This document shows, one piece after another, positions 9,502 through 19,273 of a stretch of 64,000 nucleotides of DNA. How positions within the stretch are numbered: the first letter of the stretch is position 1; the number at the start of each line of letters is the position of its first letter. Origin of the DNA: Acidimicrobiia bacterium (GTDB taxonomy: Bacteria; Actinomycetota; Acidimicrobiia; Spongiisociales; ZC4RG35). The stretch is from assembly GCA_965248705.1 (NCBI GenBank), contig CBDFJY010000002.1, positions 1,177,365-1,241,364 of the forward strand, read 5' to 3'. The notes below the pieces were generated by a model. That model saw only the letters and a program-made list of their open reading frames with translations, was not told where the DNA came from and ran no database searches. The position numbers and the translations under genes were made by a program.

Positions 9502-9861
9502 CTAGGCGCCGTTGGGTTCCAGCCCCTCGGATCCTGATTCCGGAGCTGATCCTCCGACGGCTGGTGTCGAAGACCCCTCTGCGCCAGACTTTTCCGCGGG
9601 CGAAGCCGCTGGTTTGGAAGTCGTAGTTGTTTTGACATACCGCTTCGAGCGGACTTCGGCGGCTTTTCCGTAGCGCCTTTGAAAGTGCTCAACCCTACCG
9701 CCTGTGTCGACCAGCCTTTGCTCTCCTGTGTAGAAGGGGTGGCATTCGTTGCACAACTCCAAGATCATCGCGGGCGGCCGGGTGGTCCTGGTGACGAATT
9801 TGGCGCCGCAGGAGCAGGTGACTGTGGTCAGCTCGTATTGGGGATGTATCTCTGTTTTCAT
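9502..9861 (-). CDS. rpmE: 50S ribosomal protein L31 (Cys-containing type) with C-terminal extension
   Basis: IHPQY, CSCG, CNECHPFYTG, DTGGRVE. Confidence 0.95.
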   Translation of the reverse strand: MKTEIHPQYELTTVTCSCGAKFVTRTTRPPAMILELCNECHPFYTGEQRLVDTGGRVEHFQRRYGKAAEVRSKRYVKTTTTSKPAASPAEKSGAEGSSTPAVGGSAPESGSEGLEPNGA

Positions 9862-9863
9862 AT

Positions 9864-11390
9864 TTATCTGGTTCGGTCTCCGGTGTTTCTGGCCACCTCA
9901 GCCAAAAACACCTTGTTGGAAGGGGAACTTTGCAGTCTATCTATCAGCAATTCGATGGCGGCACTCGGCTCCAGCGAGAGGAGAACCCGCCGCAGCTTCC
10001 AGACCTGAGGCAACTCGTCGAAGGTGAACAACAGCTCCTCACGACGGGTGCCCGACAACTCGATGTCGACCGCCGGATAGATCCGCTTGTCAGCCAGCTT
10101 GCGGTCCAGCCGCAACTCCATATTGCCGGTGCCCTTGAACTCTTCAAAGATCACCTCGTCCATCTTGGAACGAGTCTCTACCAGGGCGGTGCCCAGGATG
10201 GTCAGACTGCCACCTTCCTCTATGTTGCGGGCCGCCCCGAAGAACCGCTTGGGCGGGTAGAGAGCGGTGGCGTCGATTCCTCCCGACAGCATCCGTCCCG
10301 AGGCGGGGGCGGCCAGGTTGTGGGCGCGGGCCAGTCTGGTTATGGAGTCGAGTAGGATCACCACATCCATTCCGGTTTCCACCATGCGCTTGGCCCTCTC
10401 CAAAGCCAGATCGGCGATTTGGGTGTGCTGTTCTGCGGGTCGATCGAAGGTGGAGTAGACCACATCTCCCTTGACCGACCTCTGCATGTCGGTTACCTCT
10501 TCGGGACGCTCGTCCACCAGCACCACCATCAGATGACATTCGGGATTGTTGATCGTGATCGACTGGGCGATCTCCTTGAGGACAGTGGTTTTTCCTGCTT
10601 TGGGAGGAGAGACGATCAATCCCCGCTGACCCTTGCCTATGGGAGAGATGAGGTCAATGAGGCGAGCCAGGGTGCGCTTTGGCATCCCTTCCAGCTCCAG
10701 GCGGAGCCGCTGATCGGGAAAGAGCGGCGTCAGCCTGCCAAATTTCGGCCGGCGCATCGCCTCACCGGGATCAACTTTGTTGACGTGCTCGACTCGTATC
10801 ATTCCCGGGTATTTTTCTTGAGAGCGGGGAGGCCTGATCGGCCCGCCCACCAAGTCGCCCTTGCGAAGCTGTAGGCGGCGGATCAGCCCGGTGGGGACGT
10901 AAACGTCCTGTTCGCCAGGGCCATATCCGGATACCCGGAGGAACCCGTAGCCCTCGGGGAGAATATCCAACAGCCCTTCCCGCACCTCCATTTCGCCTTC
11001 GGGGAGGTCGGAGTGGGACGACGGCCTGCGTCCACGGCTGCGTCGACGCCGCGCTCCGCCGGAAGAGCCCAGGGCGTCGGTAGCATGGAATTCAAAGTCG
11101 GGGGAGGAGTTGTCGGACGATCGCCGGTTGTCCCCGCCCTCGGTGGTCCTGCGGGGGGCAGGGGAGGGAGGCACGGGCGCCGGAGGCGCCTGCTGACGTC
11201 CTCCCCGTGCTCTAGGCGCCTGAGCGGCTTTCCCCTCGCCGGGGTTGCCTTTGGCGCTGCTACCGGTGATGGCGCTGATTAGCTGCTCTTTTCCCATCCC
11301 GCCGGAGTCGATGCCTACCGCCGAGGCGATTTGTCGCAGGTCATCCACCGATTTGGTAAGAAGTTGTCCGTTTTCGGATGCACTAGTCAT
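9864..11390 (-). CDS. rho: Transcription termination factor Rho
   Basis: [39 protein letters not shown]. Confidence 0.97.
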   Translation of the reverse strand: MTSASENGQLLTKSVDDLRQIASAVGIDSGGMGKEQLISAITGSSAKGNPGEGKAAQAPRARGGRQQAPPAPVPPSPAPRRTTEGGDNRRSSDNSSPDFEFHATDALGSSGGARRRRSRGRRPSSHSDLPEGEMEVREGLLDILPEGYGFLRVSGYGPGEQDVYVPTGLIRRLQLRKGDLVGGPIRPPRSQEKYPGMIRVEHVNKVDPGEAMRRPKFGRLTPLFPDQRLRLELEGMPKRTLARLIDLISPIGKGQRGLIVSPPKAGKTTVLKEIAQSITINNPECHLMVVLVDERPEEVTDMQRSVKGDVVYSTFDRPAEQHTQIADLALERAKRMVETGMDVVILLDSITRLARAHNLAAPASGRMLSGGIDATALYPPKRFFGAARNIEEGGSLTILGTALVETRSKMDEVIFEEFKGTGNMELRLDRKLADKRIYPAVDIELSGTRREELLFTFDELPQVWKLRRVLLSLEPSAAIELLIDRLQSSPSNKVFLAEVARNTGDRTR

Positions 11391-11543
11391 AGAGGATTCC
11401 TCATCTTCTCGGAGTTTCCGAATTGCCTTTCACTTTTCCTGTGCGGATGCGAAGGCTTCAACGCTCTATTCGAGACCGCCTTGAAAAGGTTTCGTGGGTG
11501 TTCGCCGCCAGAGCTAAGAGGGCGAAGGAACCAGACAGCTTTG

Positions 11544-11573
11544 ACTATAACAGGTTAAGTGTCTGCCTGCCAA
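11544..11573 (-). promoter_or_regulatory. Candidate housekeeping-sigma promoter of the rho operon
   Basis: Minus strand TTGGCA-N18-TATAGT with TGn extended -10, about 150 nt before the rho start. Confidence 0.5.
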
Positions 11574-11626
11574 AACCGAATAGCGGCCGATGCTCCGGTC
11601 CGGGGAAGCAATCGTCTGCGCGCCGG

Positions 11627-12994
11627 TTAACGGCGGGCCGTTTCCAGGAACGACAGCAGCCGGTCCAGCCGGGCCGGGATCACCGTGGTTCGCTCCGGAC
11701 GAGCGGAGAGGTCGGCGAGGCGGGAGGGCGTACCGGGAGAAAACCCCACTGCTTCGATCACCGCTTCGGGGAATTTGGCGGGATGAGCGGTGGCGATACT
11801 CACCACTACCTCACCGGTTTTTGCCAGACGCTCTGCCATTGCCCACCCCAAGGCGCTGTGGGGATCGAGCAGCAACCCGTGCTCCCGATGAGCGGTGGCG
11901 ATCACTTCGATGATCGCTTCGTCGCCTAACCATCCCGCTCCGAAGTCATCTGTGAGACGGGAGTGAAGGTCTTCACCGAGACGCAGTTCGCCACTGTGGC
12001 GGTAGTTGTCCATCATCTGCGCCATCCACTTGCCTCGCCGGGCGCCCAGCTCAAACAGGTATCTCTCCAGGTTGGAGGGGATCTGGATATCCATGGCCGG
12101 GGCGAGGGTGGGACGCACTTTTTCGATGGGTAGGAGACCTTCGGAGATGAGCCGGGCCAGTCCGCGGTTGTGGTTGTTGGCCACCACCAGTCGTTTTACC
12201 GGCCCGCCCATCCGGCGTGCTGCCCATCCGGCCAGCACGTTGCCGAAATTGCCGGTGGGGACTGAGAAGCTGACCGGTCGTCCGATCTGGTGACCCGCCC
12301 ACAGGTAGTAGGCGATTTGGGCGACTATCCGGGTCCAATTGATTGAGTTGACCGCCGCCAAGGCCAGTCGGCGGCGCACCGCGGCGTCGCCGAAAGCGGC
12401 CTTGACCAGATCCTGGCAATCGTCGAATGTTCCCTCTACCTCCACCGTGTGCACATTGGCAGACTCCACGGTGGTCATCTGGCGACGCTGGATATCGGAG
12501 ACCCGACCTTTTGGGTAGAGGATGACGATGTCGATGCCGGAACGGTCCCGGCAGGCTTCGATGGCGGCCGAACCCGTGTCCCCGGAGGTGGCGCCCAGCA
12601 CCAGAATCCGCTTGCCCTGCAGTTCCAGCAACTGATCGAACAGCCTTCCCAGCAACTGCAGAGCGTAGTCCTTGAAGGAGAGGGTGGGCCCGGAAGTGAG
12701 ATCCAACAGCCATCGGTTCGCCGTCACCTCCCGCAGAGGCGCCGGGCCTTGGGGGCCGAAGTCGGCGTAGGCTTCGGCGGCCAGTCGGGGGAGATGATCC
12801 AACAACAGGCTGTCTGCCATGAAGGGGGCGGCGACTGCGGTCACCATCTCGTGGTAGGAAGCCCCCGGGGACAGGTTCGGCGCGGCCGGCCAGTGAGTGG
12901 GGACGTACAGCCCGCCGTCGGGGGCCGGTCCGGCCAACAGAATGTCGTCGAACAAGGCGGGCGCTGTCCCTCCCCGGGTTGAAATGTATTTCAC
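11627..12994 (-). CDS. thrC: Threonine synthase
   Basis: MKYISTRG, DGGLYVP, GPTLSFKD, ATSGDTG, VPTGNFGN, TAHPAKF. Confidence 0.95.
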   Translation of the reverse strand: MKYISTRGGTAPALFDDILLAGPAPDGGLYVPTHWPAAPNLSPGASYHEMVTAVAAPFMADSLLLDHLPRLAAEAYADFGPQGPAPLREVTANRWLLDLTSGPTLSFKDYALQLLGRLFDQLLELQGKRILVLGATSGDTGSAAIEACRDRSGIDIVILYPKGRVSDIQRRQMTTVESANVHTVEVEGTFDDCQDLVKAAFGDAAVRRRLALAAVNSINWTRIVAQIAYYLWAGHQIGRPVSFSVPTGNFGNVLAGWAARRMGGPVKRLVVANNHNRGLARLISEGLLPIEKVRPTLAPAMDIQIPSNLERYLFELGARRGKWMAQMMDNYRHSGELRLGEDLHSRLTDDFGAGWLGDEAIIEVIATAHREHGLLLDPHSALGWAMAERLAKTGEVVVSIATAHPAKFPEAVIEAVGFSPGTPSRLADLSARPERTTVIPARLDRLLSFLETARR

Positions 12995-13025
12995 AGCCGG
13001 CCCCGGGCGGTGGCGGGGATATTCA

Positions 13026-14324
13026 TCAGGGGCTCGTGCTGATAACGCGAATGGTGGCGGCCACTTGTCTTACAACTTCCAGCCCATCCAACTCCGCGAC
13101 CGCCGCCCGGTGGTTGGTCTCCCGGGCATGGTGGGTGATCAGGAGCAGGGTGGCGTGGTCTCCTCGTCCTTCCTGCCACACCGACATGATTGATACCTGG
13201 TGGTCTCCGAACACTGCCGCGATCCGAGCCAGGACCCCGGGGGCGTCTTTTACCTCCAGGCGCAGGTACCACTGGGTTTCCACCTCCGAAAAGTCCCGCA
13301 CTGCCCCGTTTCCGAAGCGCACCCGGGGGGTGACCTTGGTACCCGCCAGAAACTCCCGGGAGGCAAGGATGACGTCTCCGAGCACCGCAGTTGCGGTGGG
13401 CTTTCCTCCCGCGCCCGGCCCCAGGAAAAGAAGCTTGCCGATGGAAGGTCCTTCCAGGAAGACCCCGTTGTTGGCGCCCCGGATCAACGCCAGGGGGTGG
13501 TCGGTTGGCACCAGGGCGGGGTGGACCCGTACCGCCGGGCCCTGCGGGGAGGTGTCGGCCACCGCCAACAACTTGATGTTATACCCCAATTGGCGGGCGA
13601 ACTCGAGATCCTGGGTGGCGAGATCTGTGATTCCCTCTCGATGGACAAGGTCGATGCTCACCCATCGGCCGAAAGCCAGCCCCGCCAGGATGGCGGCTTT
13701 GGCGGCGGCGTCGCTTCCGCTCACATCGGCGCTTGGGTCAGCCTCGGCGTAACCAAGTCGCTGCGCCTCGGCCAGGGCCTCTTGGTAAGGGATCCCTTCG
13801 GTGTCCATAGCGGTCAGGATGAAATTGGTGGTGCCGTTGACGATTCCCATCACCCGCTCGATTTTCTCGCCCGCCAAAGATTCGGAGAGAGGACGGATCA
13901 GGGGTATTCCGCCTCCCACGGCCGCCTCGAAGAGTAGGGAGACTCCTTTGGCAGCCGCCCGGGCAAAGAGATCGGGTCCGTGCAGCGACAAAAGCTCCTT
14001 ATTGGCGGTGATCACCGGCTTGCCCAGATCCAGGGCGGAGAGAACCAGTTCCCGGGCGGGCTCCACCCCTCCCATCAGTTCAACTACCAGGTCCACCTCG
14101 GGGAGGGAAACGAGTTGGTCGGCTCGATTGACGACATATCGGGCGGGAAAGGCTCGGGCTTTGCCCAGTTCGCGCACCGCCACCCCCCGCAGTCGCAGTT
14201 CGATTCCCGACTTGGCGAGGATAGCTTCCCGGTCTTCGAGCAGGCGTCTGGCTAGTTCTCCCCCGACCGTGCCTCCTCCCAGGATGCCTACACCTATTTC
14301 CATAGCTGGAATGCTAGAGGACAA
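13026..14324 (-). CDS. hom: Homoserine dehydrogenase with ACT domain (start may be ATG at 14303)
   Basis: GGGTVG, TANK, EAAVGGGIP, NGTTNFIL, GYAEADP. Confidence 0.95.
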   Translation of the reverse strand: MSSSIPAMEIGVGILGGGTVGGELARRLLEDREAILAKSGIELRLRGVAVRELGKARAFPARYVVNRADQLVSLPEVDLVVELMGGVEPARELVLSALDLGKPVITANKELLSLHGPDLFARAAAKGVSLLFEAAVGGGIPLIRPLSESLAGEKIERVMGIVNGTTNFILTAMDTEGIPYQEALAEAQRLGYAEADPSADVSGSDAAAKAAILAGLAFGRWVSIDLVHREGITDLATQDLEFARQLGYNIKLLAVADTSPQGPAVRVHPALVPTDHPLALIRGANNGVFLEGPSIGKLLFLGPGAGGKPTATAVLGDVILASREFLAGTKVTPRVRFGNGAVRDFSEVETQWYLRLEVKDAPGVLARIAAVFGDHQVSIMSVWQEGRGDHATLLLITHHARETNHRAAVAELDGLEVVRQVAATIRVISTSP

Positions 14325-14367
14325 GAGGTAGCCTTCGGCCTACGTATCACTCCACAGGATTAAAGCC

Positions 14368-15642
14368 ATGGCCGGACCCTTGCCTTTCCATCTTCTCCCC
14401 GTTACCTCCGAAGTGGTGGACGGGCGTCTGACGGTGGGCGGATGCGACCTTGTTGAACTGGCGGAACGGTATGGCACCCCTTTGTTTGTCTACGACGAAT
14501 CCCATCTGCGCCGCCGTTGTCGGGAGGCGTGGACGGCTTTCGGAGGAGGGGTGTCATATGCAGCCAAGGCCTTTTTGTGTGTGGCTATGGCGAAGCTGGT
14601 GGAATCCGAGGGCCTCGGTATGGATGTGGCCACCGGAGGAGAGTTGGCGGTGGCCCTTCGAGCGGGTTTTCCGCCCTCGAGATTGGTTTTTCATGGCAAC
14701 AACAAGTCCACCGAAGAACTGGCGATGGCGATCGAAGCGGGAGTTGGCAGGGTGGCGGTGGATTCCTTTGACGAGATGGATCGAATCGACCGCCTTTACT
14801 CCCGGAGGGGAGGTGCTCCGGTGGATGTCCTGGTCCGGATAACCCCAGGGGTGGATGCCCACACCCACGAATTCGTGGCCACCGGCCATAACGACACCAA
14901 ATTTGGTTTCACGGTATCTTCGGGCGCGGCTGCCCAGGCGGTGCGACGCGCCGAGGCGTCTCCTTCCATGAGAGCGCGGGGTGTCCATGCCCACATCGGC
15001 AGCCAGGTTTTTCGGCTGGATTCTTTTCGGGAGGCAGCCCGGATCGTGGCAAGAATGGCGGCGCCCTTCGGTTTGGAGGAGTTGTCGTTGGGGGGCGGGC
15101 TGGGGGTCCCCTATGTGGAGGGGGAGTCGGCCCCGACCATCGGAGAGTGGGCGGAGGCGCTGGTGGAGACTTGCCGGGAAGAAGGAGTCAGGGGGACGAT
15201 CATGGCCGAGCCGGGGAGGGCCATCGCGGCGGCGGCGGCGGTCACCCTCTACCGGGTGGGGACTATCAAGCAGGTGGAGGTGGTTCGTACTTTCCTGGCG
15301 GTGGATGGGGGGATGAGTGACAATCCTCGCCCGGTGCTGTACGGAAGCGGCTATGAGGTCTTCCTGCCCCGAGCGGTGGGCGCGCCCAGGGAGTGGGAAG
15401 TAACCGTGGTGGGGAAGCACTGCGAGAGCGGAGACCGACTGGTTGCCTCGGGCTGGGTTCCTCGGGGTGTCGAGGTGGGAGACATCATCGCCACCCCGGT
15501 GACCGGCGCCTACGGACACTCGATGGGATCCAACTATCAAAAGGTTCCCCGCCCTCCGGTGGTTTTCGTCTCCGCCGGGCAATCACGCCTGGTAGTGCGC
15601 CGCGAAGAGTACGAAGACATGTTTCGTTTGGAAGTGGAGTGA
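14368..15642 (+). CDS. lysA: Diaminopimelate decarboxylase
   Basis: YGTP, YAAKAF, HGNNKS, HIGSQ, EPGR, GKHCESGD. Confidence 0.95.
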   Translation: MAGPLPFHLLPVTSEVVDGRLTVGGCDLVELAERYGTPLFVYDESHLRRRCREAWTAFGGGVSYAAKAFLCVAMAKLVESEGLGMDVATGGELAVALRAGFPPSRLVFHGNNKSTEELAMAIEAGVGRVAVDSFDEMDRIDRLYSRRGGAPVDVLVRITPGVDAHTHEFVATGHNDTKFGFTVSSGAAAQAVRRAEASPSMRARGVHAHIGSQVFRLDSFREAARIVARMAAPFGLEELSLGGGLGVPYVEGESAPTIGEWAEALVETCREEGVRGTIMAEPGRAIAAAAAVTLYRVGTIKQVEVVRTFLAVDGGMSDNPRPVLYGSGYEVFLPRAVGAPREWEVTVVGKHCESGDRLVASGWVPRGVEVGDIIATPVTGAYGHSMGSNYQKVPRPPVVFVSAGQSRLVVRREEYEDMFRLEVE

Positions 15643-15715
15643 TTGAGACGAGTAGGGAACTCCGCGGCGTCCCCTTTGCCTTCCTAGAAGCCGATCGCCT
15701 TTCTTTGGAGGGCAG

Positions 15716-16546
15716 CTAGCCGACTGCTGCTTGGGCGTCGGGGGTTTCGCGGCGTTCTGCAGCCGTCCTGGTGGCCTCCACGCTGGCCTTGAGAGCAGCC
15801 AGCAGATCGATCACCTGGCCAGGCTCGGGCACCCCATCGGTGGAGACCATCTCTTTTCCCTCCACCTTGAGCCGGGCTGCTTCCTCAATGTTCTCCCTGG
15901 TTTTGTCCGCGTAGTCCTCCCCGACGAAGGGCCCGCTCATCGTCTCGATGAGCAGCTTTGCCATCTCCACCTCTTCGGAGCGAATCTCCACCTCCTCTTC
16001 TGAGGTCTCAGCGGGGAAGGCGCGGATTTCGTCGGGCCAGAACATGGTTTCCAACAAGAGGTGTTCCTGGTGAAAGCGGAGAGTGGAAAGGTGCTCTTTT
16101 CCTCGCATGGCGAAGCGGGCGACTCCTACCCTGCCTGCCGAGCGGAGCGCCTCCAAGAGGATCCGATAGGCGCGCAACCCGGTTCGCTCCGGTGTCAGGT
16201 AATAGGAGGACTTGTAGTAGACGGGGTCGATCTCTTCTGCCTCCACGAATTTGAGCACGTCGATCAGCGGAAGGCCCTTCTTGCCTATCCCGGCGGCGGA
16301 CAGTTCTGACTCGCTGAACACCACATAGGCGCCGCTCTCCACCTCATAGCCTCGGACGATCTCGCTCCAGGACACCTCTTGTCCATCGACCTCCGCCACT
16401 CGTTTGTAACGGATCGGGCTGTTATCGCTTTGGCGCAACTGCTTGAACTTGGGCCGCCGGTCTTCGGTGGCCGAGTAGAGGACCACCGGGATGTTCACCA
16501 AGCCAAAGGAGATGGCGCCTTTCCATACAGGACGCATCAGGCTCAC
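15716..16546 (-). CDS. ku: NHEJ DNA end-binding protein Ku
   Basis: WKGAISFGLVNIPV, IDPVYY, VIDLLAALKAS. Confidence 0.95.
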   Translation of the reverse strand: MSLMRPVWKGAISFGLVNIPVVLYSATEDRRPKFKQLRQSDNSPIRYKRVAEVDGQEVSWSEIVRGYEVESGAYVVFSESELSAAGIGKKGLPLIDVLKFVEAEEIDPVYYKSSYYLTPERTGLRAYRILLEALRSAGRVGVARFAMRGKEHLSTLRFHQEHLLLETMFWPDEIRAFPAETSEEEVEIRSEEVEMAKLLIETMSGPFVGEDYADKTRENIEEAARLKVEGKEMVSTDGVPEPGQVIDLLAALKASVEATRTAAERRETPDAQAAVG

Positions 16547-16657
16547 TGATTGTACATGTGTTATGTTCGGGTGCCGGGAGCCCCGAGGAGCTTTTGGCCC
16601 GTCCGTCCCAGGGGGACAGCAGTTAGCAAAAGCTCAGGGGGTCTGAGTTGCGGCGGC

Positions 16658-17125
16658 CTATCCGGTGGACAGTTCCTCGGCTACCAGTCGGGAGACCAGA
16701 CCACCGTCCACCTCTTGGCGGTGGGTTTTCATGATGTGTCCCATCACTCGGCCCCGCGTTCCGGGTTGGCCACCCACCCCCAAGTCGGCAATGGTCTCTC
16801 GCACCAGCTTGCGGCTTTGCTCCTCGTCGAGGTGGGCGGGCAGCCATTGGGAGAGGTAGTCCACCTCGAAAGAGAGCTTCTGAGCCATTGCTTCGCCCCG
16901 TTCCCCATAGCCGGCGTATTCGGTGGCTGCCTTGCGCATCTTCTTCACGTAGCTCCCGATTGTCTGCCGATAGAAATCGTCATCCTCGCCCTTCCCCGAA
17001 AACCCCGGAGCGGTTTTTCGCATTTGTATCTCCGCCTCGACGGAGCGGATGGCGTCCCTCCGGCGGGGGTCTCCCGATTTCATGGCGTCCACCAACTCGG
17101 TGCGCATCTCGCTTTTGATGCTCAT
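16658..17125 (-). CDS. GatB/YqeY domain protein
   Basis: AMKSGD...YLSQWLP...GRVMG...VDGG pattern. Confidence 0.85.
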   Translation of the reverse strand: MSIKSEMRTELVDAMKSGDPRRRDAIRSVEAEIQMRKTAPGFSGKGEDDDFYRQTIGSYVKKMRKAATEYAGYGERGEAMAQKLSFEVDYLSQWLPAHLDEEQSRKLVRETIADLGVGGQPGTRGRVMGHIMKTHRQEVDGGLVSRLVAEELSTG

Positions 17126-17175
17126 GCGATGTTGGCCTCTCTACCTTCTCTTTGGGTCCAGTCCGATCCTGGCTC

Positions 17176-17916
17176 TCAGATATGCATCAGCCCGGCGCCG
17201 AAGGCCGCAAGGAGGTTTTCATTGGTAAGCACCTCCGAAGGGGGCCCGCTGATCACCCGCTTCTCTCCCAGCAGCAGAACATGATCGGCGGTCCCGGCTT
17301 CTCCCAGGTCGTGGGTGGACACCAACACCGCGCAGCCGTGGGCCTTCTCTTGGTGAATGGTCCTGTCTACTGCCTCCGCCGAGATGATGTCAAGGCCGGC
17401 GAGAGGCTCGTCCAAAAGCAAAACGAGATGATCCTGCGCGATTCCCTGAGCCATGAATACTCGCTGTCGTTGTCCCCCTGACAGTTCAGTGAGATGACGG
17501 TTGGACAAATGAGTGATCTCCATTCTCTCCATGGCTTCTTGGACCCGGGCGCGGTCATCGATCCTAAATGGTCGGACCATTCCCCGGTTCGGATAGCGGC
17601 CCATGGCCACAACCTGGGCGACGGTGAGCGGCAAAGACTGGTTTATCTGCTTGGACTGGATGACATAGGCAACCTGTTTCCGGGATTTTTGAGGGGAGGT
17701 ATCCATGACGGTGATCTGTCCGCCAGAGGGGTTCACCAAGCCGACAATGCAGTGAAGCAGGGTGGATTTTCCAGCGCCGTTCGGTCCGATCAGGGCGGTG
17801 ATCCCGCCCATGGGCGCGGTGAAAGATGAGGGTTCCAAGACTATGTTCGAGCCGTAGCGGAGTTCCAATCCTTTGGCTTCGATGGCGTTCTCGATAGGTT
17901 GCCGGGGTAGTTTCAT
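17176..17916 (-). CDS. Zn/Mn ABC transporter ATP-binding subunit (ZnuC-like)
   Basis: GPNGAGKST, LSGGQRQR, LLDEP; ATGA overlap with the Fur-family gene. Confidence 0.9.
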   Translation of the reverse strand: MKLPRQPIENAIEAKGLELRYGSNIVLEPSSFTAPMGGITALIGPNGAGKSTLLHCIVGLVNPSGGQITVMDTSPQKSRKQVAYVIQSKQINQSLPLTVAQVVAMGRYPNRGMVRPFRIDDRARVQEAMERMEITHLSNRHLTELSGGQRQRVFMAQGIAQDHLVLLLDEPLAGLDIISAEAVDRTIHQEKAHGCAVLVSTHDLGEAGTADHVLLLGEKRVISGPPSEVLTNENLLAAFGAGLMHI

Positions 17917-18350
17917 GATTGGCAATTCGGGCACAAACCCTCGATCTCCAGGGTGTGGCCGGTTACTCGATACCCGGTGTCGTCGGCGGCGTTCTCCGCC
18001 AACTCTGAGAGGTGGAACTCGGTTTCCAGGGCCAGGGAGATGTCGGAGATGGCCATGCATCCCACACACACAAGATGGTGGTGATGTCCCGCTAGCCATT
18101 CCGCCAGTTCAAAGCGGTTGGACCGATCTACGCCGTGGTGGGGAGTGAGCACCTGCGAATCAATCAACACCCGGACATCCCGGTATATGGAGGAGTGAGG
18201 GATCCGGGGCTCCGTCGCTCGGTAGAGTTCCTCAACGGTAAGAGGGCCAGGGTTGTTGTTCAACGTCTCAATAAGCTCCCGGCGGTTGGTGGTATAGCGC
18301 ACGCCCTGTGAGCGAAGACTTTTTTCTACTTTGGCGTGGAGCCCTTGCAT
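17913..18350 (-). CDS. Fur-family regulator, probably Zur
   Basis: SSIYR, HHHHLVCVGC, GLCPNC; next to a metal ABC transporter. Confidence 0.88.
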   Translation of the reverse strand: MQGLHAKVEKSLRSQGVRYTTNRRELIETLNNNPGPLTVEELYRATEPRIPHSSIYRDVRVLIDSQVLTPHHGVDRSNRFELAEWLAGHHHHLVCVGCMAISDISLALETEFHLSELAENAADDTGYRVTGHTLEIEGLCPNCQS

Positions 18351-18386
18351 TACCCGTCCTGTAGAGAGCGATTATCAGCAGCCGAA

Positions 18387-18405
18387 TATAATGATAATCA
18401 ATATT
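18387..18405. promoter_or_regulatory. Fur/Zur box in the divergent promoter region
   Basis: TATAATGATAATCAATATT matches GATAATGATAATCATTATC at 16/19 in an AT-rich gap. Confidence 0.75.
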
Positions 18406-18421
18406 ATTTTGTTTGGGAAGT

Positions 18422-19264
18422 ATGGATTGGCTGATCGAGCCTTTTGAACTCAATTTTCAGCAGCGGGCGTTACTGGCCGGGGTACTGGCCGGGGTGCTCA
18501 CTTCGGTGGTGGGCACCTGGGTGGTTATCCGGGGGATGTCCTTTATGGGCGATGCAGTTGCCCATGGGATAATTCCGGGTGTCGCTTTCGCCCTGCTGGC
18601 GGGAGCCAATCCGTTGTGGGGAGCGCTGGCGGCTGGGGTGGTGATGGTATGGGGGATAAATCAGGTTCACCGGCATACCAAACTCAGCGCCGATATCGGG
18701 ATAGGCCTCCTGTTCGTGGGCATGCTATCCCTGGGGGTGGTGGTGATTTCACTGACCTCGTCCTTCTCGGTCTCGATCACCGCGGTTCTCTTCGGCGACC
18801 TGCTGGGGGTGACCAGGGGCGGTATCCTGTTGGAAGTGCTGGGCCTGGTGATAGCTCTGGCCTTATCGTTTGTGATGTATCGGTCTTTTCTGGCTCTCGC
18901 CTTCAATGAGGCCAAAGCCGAGATGATGGACCTTCGCCCTCGAGTAGCGCACTTGATATTGTTGGCGCTCATCACCGGAGTGATGGTCGTCCTTTTTCAG
19001 GGAGTAGGCGCCATCCTGGTTTTCGGTCTGTTAATCGGGCCTCCGGCCACCGCCATTCTCCTGGTTCGGCGAGTGGTGCTGGTGATGGTGGTCTCTTCTG
19101 CCTTGTCGATCTTCTCGGTGTTCGCCGGCCTGGTGATCAGCTATCGATATTCCACGGCCGCGTCGGCCACCATCGTCGTGATCTCGGTGTCCTTGTTTTT
19201 CGTTGTTCTGACAGGATCGCGGCTGCGTGATTCTCTCCGCCGGAGAAGTCCTGCTCCGGTGTGA
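18422..19264 (+). CDS. Zn/Mn ABC transporter permease (ZnuB-like)
   Basis: MSFMGDAVAHG, LFGDLLGV, VGAILV; multi-pass. Confidence 0.9.
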   Translation: MDWLIEPFELNFQQRALLAGVLAGVLTSVVGTWVVIRGMSFMGDAVAHGIIPGVAFALLAGANPLWGALAAGVVMVWGINQVHRHTKLSADIGIGLLFVGMLSLGVVVISLTSSFSVSITAVLFGDLLGVTRGGILLEVLGLVIALALSFVMYRSFLALAFNEAKAEMMDLRPRVAHLILLALITGVMVVLFQGVGAILVFGLLIGPPATAILLVRRVVLVMVVSSALSIFSVFAGLVISYRYSTAASATIVVISVSLFFVVLTGSRLRDSLRRRSPAPV

Positions 19265-19273
19265 GCGCCGCGC

